A DNA stretch of 64,000 nt from contig OZ241855.1 of assembly GCA_965202785.1 (NCBI GenBank), positions 1,216,001-1,280,000 on the forward strand, in the 5' to 3' direction. Both the position numbers and the translations under genes were made by a program. Below, piece after piece: positions 58,361 to 64,000 of this stretch (within the stretch, counting starts at the first letter, position 1; every line of letters starts with the position of its first letter). Origin of the DNA: Thermodesulfobacteriota bacterium. Its GTDB lineage: Bacteria > Desulfobacterota_D > UBA1144 > Nemesobacterales > Nemesobacteraceae. The notes under the pieces were generated by a model. That model was given only the letters and a program-made list of their open reading frames with translations. It made no database searches and was not told the origin of the DNA.

Positions 58361-59740
58361 TCAAAGAAGCGCAGCGCCCAGGAAGAGGTAGAAGGCGGTA
58401 CCGAATATATCGTTGAACGTAACCAGAAACGGTCCCGAGGATACTGCCGGGTCCATCTTTAGCCTGTTAAGAACCAGTGGGCCCGCGACGCCAAGAAACG
58501 AAGTTGTAAGCGTAGCTCCCACGATCCCCGCGAATATTACAAGAAACAGCCTTACGAAATCGGTATCCGCGGTGTTCAGCAGAAGTCCGATCAGGGCGCC
58601 CAGAAGGCCGCTTATTATCCCGAGAGCCAGTCCCACCTTGAGTTCCGCCAGAAGAAGATCCTTTATCTGGTCTTTTACGAAATCACCGGTGGCCAGGACC
58701 CTGACGGTGATGGTATTTGTCTGAACTCCTACGTTTCCGCCGGTGGCCATGACCAGAGGAAGCAGGGCCGCAAGTATGATGAAATTCTCAAGCGTGGTCT
58801 GAAACTTCTGCATTATTATAAACGCCACCAGAAGCTCGCCCACGAGAGCGAGCATTATCCAGGGAGTCCTCAGCCTCAAGTTGTCGTATATGGAAGTGTG
58901 TACCGGGTGCAGTCCCTCGCCGGTTATACCGCCGAGTTTGTATATGTCTTCTCCCGCCTCTTCGGATATTACGTCGAGTATGTCGTCGGCGGTTATCCTG
59001 CCGAGCAGCTCCCCAGACTCGTCCACCACGGGAAGCGACACTTCATCGTATTTCCTGAAAATCTTGGCTACTTCCTCCTGGTCCATGTCCGGAGTGGCCG
59101 TGATCTCGACCGGATCCATTATTGTCCAGAGGGGGGATTCAGGCGCCGCCGTCGAGAGCTTAAGGGGGAACACCCTTCCAACGAGCCTCCCCGTTTCGTT
59201 CACCACGTAGACCATGTGCAGGTCCTCTACGTCGTCTTCGTCTTCTTCCTCGATCTGTCTTATCAGTTCAACGGTTTCCCTTGAGGTGGCGTCGTGCGGA
59301 CTTTTAAGAACCTCGGTCTGCATGATTCCGCCTGCGGAATCTTGCGGATACTTTAGAAGCGGCGTCACCTCCTCGCGTTCTTCCGGATCCATGGTTTCGA
59401 GAACTTTCTTCGCCACATCTTCCGGCAGTTCTCCCAGGAAGTCTGCGGCGTCGTCCGATTCCATTTCTTCGGCCATCGCGGTGAGGGAAGTCTCCCTCAT
59501 GAGCTTCAATATGCTTACGCGTTCCTCGGGGTTAAGCTGGAAATAGACTTCGGAGGCTACTTCCGCGTCGAGAGCCTCAAGGATGAGATGCTTTTCTTCC
59601 TGAAGGGAAGCAGCCTGTATAAGCGAGGATATTTCTGAGGGATGCATTGACTGGGTTATGCTTCTTACGGCATCCCAGTTCCCCTTCTTAACAGCCCTGT
59701 CTATCTTCTTTACCGTCTTTTTTACGTTAACCGCCATCAC
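58361..59740 (-). CDS. mgtE: Magnesium transporter MgtE
   Basis: DDAAD, Y..DSAGGIM, CBS pair, R.PW, GGN.G.Q, DPA..SGPF..T..D. Confidence 0.94.
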   Translation of the reverse strand: MMAVNVKKTVKKIDRAVKKGNWDAVRSITQSMHPSEISSLIQAASLQEEKHLILEALDAEVASEVYFQLNPEERVSILKLMRETSLTAMAEEMESDDAADFLGELPEDVAKKVLETMDPEEREEVTPLLKYPQDSAGGIMQTEVLKSPHDATSRETVELIRQIEEEDEDDVEDLHMVYVVNETGRLVGRVFPLKLSTAAPESPLWTIMDPVEITATPDMDQEEVAKIFRKYDEVSLPVVDESGELLGRITADDILDVISEEAGEDIYKLGGITGEGLHPVHTSIYDNLRLRTPWIMLALVGELLVAFIIMQKFQTTLENFIILAALLPLVMATGGNVGVQTNTITVRVLATGDFVKDQIKDLLLAELKVGLALGIISGLLGALIGLLLNTADTDFVRLFLVIFAGIVGATLTTSFLGVAGPLVLNRLKMDPAVSSGPFLVTFNDIFGTAFYLFLGAALL

Positions 59741-59974
59741 AATTACTCTCGGTTCCGTGTTTTTTCAGGAGGCGTGTCGAGACATTGCCCCTTTTCTGAA
59801 CAAATTAGAATACAGTTTTCGGTATCGATTACTATAAAAATATGTTCTGCGGTTTTTTTTATTTGCTGAGGCTTTTCTGGGTTCGGAATAGAGTCAGCAG
59901 TTTGTTTTCCAGCTTTCCGTAGCGAAACAGATGTTTGCGGAGCTACTGTTTTAGAGGTGTCCCACTTTGCTCGG

Positions 59975-60235
59975 TTATTCCAAAGAAGCGATTTTATCAG
60001 GTGTTTCCATCCGCTTTATTTTGTTCCAAGCTTCCCGCAGTTCTTCTTGCCGGAGAGATGCCCATTCAACAACTAGCCCATGAGCGCGCGGAGGAAGGTG
60101 CCCGCGCAATACTGCCAAGGTTTCGATATTCATCAGTACTTGATATTCCCCGTAAAACGCATGGAAGTGAGGAGGTGCGTGGTCATCAAAATACATGCGT
60201 ATGATGATTCCGTAGAAGCGGCAGAGTTCAGGCAT
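59975..60235 (-). CDS. DUF4160 family protein (putative TA component)
   Basis: MP.LCRFYGIIIRMYF.DH.PPHFHA.YG...LV.EWA. Confidence 0.88.
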   Translation of the reverse strand: MPELCRFYGIIIRMYFDDHAPPHFHAFYGEYQVLMNIETLAVLRGHLPPRAHGLVVEWASLRQEELREAWNKIKRMETPDKIASLE

Positions 60236-60509
60236 TTGCAAAAGAACCGTCTACGTCCGCCATCTCCGCAATTGATTTTCCGGTCAGTCGCATGTAGAGG
60301 GCATCCGGACAGAGCTCAATGTCATCTCCCCAAGCTATTGCCCCATGCAAGGTTATGCGCACCATCTCAAAGCATTTACGATCATTCCAGGCTTTGAACA
60401 CGCCGTGCCCTGCCAAGTGAGATAGATTGATTTCCCCGGCCGTGCCATCCGAGTAGGAAAGCCAGATACGGTAGCCGTCTCGCGGTTTTATTTCCGTTGC
60501 TCTGATCAT
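60228..60509 (-). CDS. DUF2442 family protein (putative TA component)
   Basis: Y.IWL.YSDG..G..L......GVF......F.......G.IAW...I.LCPD.LY. Confidence 0.85.
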   Translation of the reverse strand: MIRATEIKPRDGYRIWLSYSDGTAGEINLSHLAGHGVFKAWNDRKCFEMVRITLHGAIAWGDDIELCPDALYMRLTGKSIAEMADVDGSFANA

Positions 60510-60703
60510 CTTCTGTTTGCCCCAGTGCTGATTTTGCGTTTTGTCTCCATAATCTTATTGCGCCGTTTAACGTGAGGGAAAATGTCGTTTAAATTCTCAC
60601 TCGCAGTTATTAAGCACTCCGCATAAGGCGTATGGAACTTCCGTTAACAAGGATGATTATAACTTTTGCCGTGCGTGGTTCAAATTCGTACCGACAAAAC
60701 TGA

Positions 60704-60928
60704 TTAAATCGAAAGCTGCCAGCCGATTGTCAAACTGTAATCGCTTTTAAGCTGCGGTCCGTCAAGGTCCTGATAAAGTGGCAATCCGATTTCAACCGTC
60801 AGGCGGTAGGAGATCATCCATTCACCCGCTTTGTGGGCATGTTCCCCTATAACTCCTATGGGGGCGTCATCATCAGGAAGCGAGGCTCCGTCGGCAGACA
60901 GGGTCTCGCAGAGGAATGAGAGAAAAAG
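60704..60928 (-). pseudogene. Relic of an outer-membrane 'transporter' gene with its middle deleted
   Basis: N-terminal family motif APIGVIGEHAHKAGEWMISYR is joined directly to the C-terminal motif LTVEIGLPLYQDLDGPQL...LTIGWQ. Confidence 0.65.
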
Positions 60929-60970
60929 TCGCGGCCAAGGCGAAAAGGGACACTTCCCGCCTTGGCCGCG
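60923..60970 (-). terminator. Intrinsic terminator downstream of aceA
   Basis: 13-bp stem CGCGGCCAAGGCG (60930-60942) / CGCCTTGGCCGCG (60958-60970), followed by a T tract on the minus strand. Confidence 0.75.
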
Positions 60971-61004
60971 CAAAAAAACAGGCTCTTTTCAATCCGGCAC
61001 TCCG

Positions 61005-63278
61005 TTACTTCTTCTTGCGTCTGCCGGTTTTTTTCGCGATAAGCTTCTTCAGTTCCCTGCGGTCGGGGCTCAGCAACTCTTTTACGTAATCGACGTTTAC
61101 CTTGGTCACTATTATATGGCCGACTTCGGTGTTGACCGATTCGTAGATTCCGAGCTTCATCATTCCCTTGGTCTGCATGAGGTTGTCTTCCGTGGGGCTT
61201 ACGTAATGCACGAAATCCGTTCTGTAACGGTGAATCAGGAACAGGTGAAGTATAGTCGCGAGGCGTTTCCGGCGAAGGGATGTATCAAAATTGTTCTCAT
61301 CCCTTACGGTGAGTATTTTCTCTCCTTTTCTGTCCTGCAGTATTTCGAATATGACGTCCGCCACTTTCTCGCCCTTGCTGTTTAGGATATTAAGTTCAAG
61401 AACGAAAGTTCCCACGGTGTGGGGCTTAAGTTCGGCGGTGAATGTGTCCTTGATTTTATAGTGCCTAGTCCAGGACTCAAACCACTCCTCAAGAAGCTTG
61501 ATGGAAACCTCCGTCTGGACCAGATGCTGGAACTGCGTCGAACCCTTGCCCATGGCCTTAGTGGTCGCGGTTCTTCCGGAACTTGCAACGAGCGCTCCGT
61601 CCATGCGGGGTCCTCCGACATGGGTCTGCGGAGTCTTGTAAGGCGAATCTATGAGTCTCAGTCTTCTCTGCACGCGGGCCAGGGCGAGCATTCCGTCTTC
61701 CATAAGCGCGGTTGCGAACTCTTCTGCGGCCATACCGTCGATCTGGTGGCCTCCGTAGGTTATGAAATCGAACACGAAGCCGAGCTTTCCTATCTCTTCG
61801 GGGAATTTCTTCATCTCCTCGTCGGTCATTCCCGTCGTGTCCCAGTTAAAGGAGGGAGAGAGGTTATAGGCAAGCATCTTGTCCGGAAAAACTTCGTGGA
61901 TGGCGTCTGCGAACTGCCTTGCGTCCTCAAGGTCTGCCGTCTTGGTTTCCATCCAGAGCAGGTCGGCGAAGGGCGCCACGGCAAGCGACTTGGCGATAGC
62001 GTACTCGATCCCGCCTTTTACCTGGTAGTATCCCTCGGGCGTTCTTGAAATCTCGGGGTCCCATATGTAGTCGATCCCCAGGGAATCGGCCTTTTCCATA
62101 GCGTCTTGAGTGGAGGCGGTCTTGGCAAACTCCCTCCACTGCTCGACGGTCATGTCGAATTCAATGCCCTGCTCCATGTTAAACTCCATGAGCGTCTCTA
62201 TCGTTTCGCCGAAGGTGCTCAGGCCGGATTCCTCTTCCCATATCTCGACGAACTTGGTGACTACGGAATCCAAAGTGGTCTCAAGCTTCTGGGTGTCCCC
62301 CTTCATTGCCTCTATGTTCTCGTCCACAAACGACCCTATGCCGGTTTCCTCAAGCCACTTGTCCGTTTCCGCGTAGGTCTCTTTGCTTATCTTGTAGAGC
62401 TTGTGGCCGTTTATCTCCTTTACGCCTTTTTCGTGGATTCTTTTAAGGATCGTCAGGTAGGCGTTTTTGTAGCTGGGAATGTTGAGCTTGGTTGCTCCCA
62501 GGACAAACGGCTGGTCGCGCTCGTCCCCGTTTCCGTCAAGAAGGGTGGCGGCTTCGGCATCAGTCCTTGAAACTATTATTCCGGGCACTTCCATTATATC
62601 GAGCTGGAACCGTGCGGTGTTAAGCCTCTTTATCTGCTCGTCGGAAGGAACGAGAACCTTTCCGCCCTGGTGACCGCATTTCTTGGTTCCGGGCTTCTGG
62701 TCCTCTATGTGATAGCCTGTAACGCCCGCCTCGACGAACCTTCTGATGAGGTTTCTAACGTGGGCGTCTCCGCCGTGCCCAGTGTCCGCGTCGGCGACTA
62801 TGAATGGGCTGTAGTCGATCACGGGCGTCTGCTTCCTTTCCTTCTCGGTCATCCTTGCGCGGTTGTATCTCTGGTTCTTGTCCGCGGCCAGAAGAGCCCT
62901 CACTATGGGGGCTGCCTCGTCTGGTACCTGGCTTAGCGGATAGCTCGCGAGATCCGCTCCCTGGTCCTCGCCGATCGATCCCTTTGCCGACGTGGCCCAT
63001 CCGCCGAGATATATGCCCTCTATTCCCTTTCTTTTCATCATGACCGCCTGGCCGGGCGAATAGGGGCCGAAGGACGTTATCTGCTTTCGCTCCGAGAAAA
63101 GCTCACGGAGTCTATTGTAGAACGCCCCCGCGGCGTTTTTCGCGATCGAGTAGTCCCTTCTTATGGTTCCTCTCTGCTCCACCACCTGGCGGGGCGAGTA
63201 AAGACGGGTTATTCCCCTGAAGCGGGCGCTTGAAAAATACCTTTTCGTCTTCCTTATCTCAGCTTCTAACTGGCTCAT
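61005..63278 (-). CDS. aceA: Isocitrate lyase, long ICL2 type
   Basis: [27 protein letters not shown] catalytic motif, [18 protein letters not shown], plus a C-terminal extension of about 170 aa. Confidence 0.95.
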   Translation of the reverse strand: MSQLEAEIRKTKRYFSSARFRGITRLYSPRQVVEQRGTIRRDYSIAKNAAGAFYNRLRELFSERKQITSFGPYSPGQAVMMKRKGIEGIYLGGWATSAKGSIGEDQGADLASYPLSQVPDEAAPIVRALLAADKNQRYNRARMTEKERKQTPVIDYSPFIVADADTGHGGDAHVRNLIRRFVEAGVTGYHIEDQKPGTKKCGHQGGKVLVPSDEQIKRLNTARFQLDIMEVPGIIVSRTDAEAATLLDGNGDERDQPFVLGATKLNIPSYKNAYLTILKRIHEKGVKEINGHKLYKISKETYAETDKWLEETGIGSFVDENIEAMKGDTQKLETTLDSVVTKFVEIWEEESGLSTFGETIETLMEFNMEQGIEFDMTVEQWREFAKTASTQDAMEKADSLGIDYIWDPEISRTPEGYYQVKGGIEYAIAKSLAVAPFADLLWMETKTADLEDARQFADAIHEVFPDKMLAYNLSPSFNWDTTGMTDEEMKKFPEEIGKLGFVFDFITYGGHQIDGMAAEEFATALMEDGMLALARVQRRLRLIDSPYKTPQTHVGGPRMDGALVASSGRTATTKAMGKGSTQFQHLVQTEVSIKLLEEWFESWTRHYKIKDTFTAELKPHTVGTFVLELNILNSKGEKVADVIFEILQDRKGEKILTVRDENNFDTSLRRKRLATILHLFLIHRYRTDFVHYVSPTEDNLMQTKGMMKLGIYESVNTEVGHIIVTKVNVDYVKELLSPDRRELKKLIAKKTGRRKKK

Positions 63279-63322
63279 CGATATGCTCTCCTGAAAATAA
63301 AAATGATTGTTTCTTCGGGAAC

Positions 63323-64000
63323 CTAGATTACGAAATCGAGGTTCTCAGTGATTCTCGTGTCATTGCCCGCGAACTCCGTCATGTAGAGTTCGATTCTCTG
63401 CGAGGCCACGTCGTGGTCGTGGTTGTTTAGGTTTATGTTGAGCAGGTCTATGTACCACGGCACCTTTACGTCGTCAAGCACGTAGGCTTTCACTATCTGC
63501 TTCGCTATCGGAAGGGTTGTGGGCTTAGAGATGTCGTGGACGTCCCTGTCGCTTGCCGCCTGAAGCTTTGCGTACTCTTCCTCAAGAAGCCTCTCGAAGA
63601 CCTCGACGGTGAACGTGTCTCCGGCCTTAAGCCCGGTCTCGGCATCATCCTCGGTGAGATCCGCTCCCTTGTGGATCCACTCCCAGAGTATGCTGAGCCT
63701 TATCTCCCCGGTCGCGGCGTCCTCCATCAGGTAGAGGATATCGTCGTTTCCGAAGAAGTCGGCGGGCTTAAGCGCCGCGGCCTGGAATCCCTGGCCGAAC
63801 GCGTTTCCGTACTGAAGTCCGACGCTAAGCAGGTTGCGCGCCCCTCTTATCGTTCTCGGGGCGGGCTCAAGAAGTATGAGGCCGTCTGCGTCCTCCTGGG
63901 TGTAGGTAAGTGGTGGGAACTCTCTTCCGAGTTGGTTCTCCTCGCCTGCCTTGTCCCAGACAGGTCTTATTATGTGGACCATCTTCCAGTGGGCAACCCA
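63323..64000 (-). CDS. aceB: Malate synthase (3' part; continues beyond the window)
   Basis: [26 protein letters not shown]; frame is open to the window edge; sits upstream of aceA. Confidence 0.85.
   Translation of the reverse strand, partial: WVAHWKMVHIIRPVWDKAGEENQLGREFPPLTYTQEDADGLILLEPAPRTIRGARNLLSVGLQYGNAFGQGFQAAALKPADFFGNDDILYLMEDAATGEIRLSILWEWIHKGADLTEDDAETGLKAGDTFTVEVFERLLEEEYAKLQAASDRDVHDISKPTTLPIAKQIVKAYVLDDVKVPWYIDLLNINLNNHDHDVASQRIELYMTEFAGNDTRITENLDFVI

Noticed and set aside
60560-60650. Possible integron attC site next to the DUF2442/DUF4160 pair
   Set aside because: A GTTTAAC is present but there is no matching GTTRRRY core or attC-like pairing.

Overview
A gene-dense, mostly housekeeping region from a diderm bacterium of about 50% GC. 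The gene content is deltaproteobacteria-like, and the sterol genes and small accessory insertions would fit a marine host-associated lineage such as Ca. Dadabacteria, but taxonomy cannot be proven from this window. Core genes: pgpA, cinA, recA, tsaB, ilvB, priA, glnE, carD, lhgO, nuoF, gatB, mltD, ddl, exbBD, lysA, a hemD-hemE fusion with hemH and hemY, pfk, queG, obgE, pilD, a CDC48-type AAA ATPase, recF, mgtE, a mycobacterial-type long isocitrate lyase, partial malate synthase, and three tRNAs (Thr-CGT, Pro-TGG, Arg-TCT). Small accessory insertions lie between them. The most notable are: (1) a coupled two-gene sterol-remodelling module (Neverland/KshA-like Rieske oxygenase plus ERG6-type sterol C-24 methyltransferase, 49110-51198); (2) an AT-rich stand-alone RelE/YafQ-like nuclease fused to an SF1 helicase just after recA, a candidate one-gene anti-phage system; (3) tandem Ogg2 8-oxoG glycosylases, one lacking both signature lysines; (4) several apparent pseudoenzymes or specificity switches (KdsC-like, PFK) and internal-deletion scars. 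No CRISPR array, rRNA, integrase or transposase was seen. All family calls come from motif recognition by eye, not database searches.
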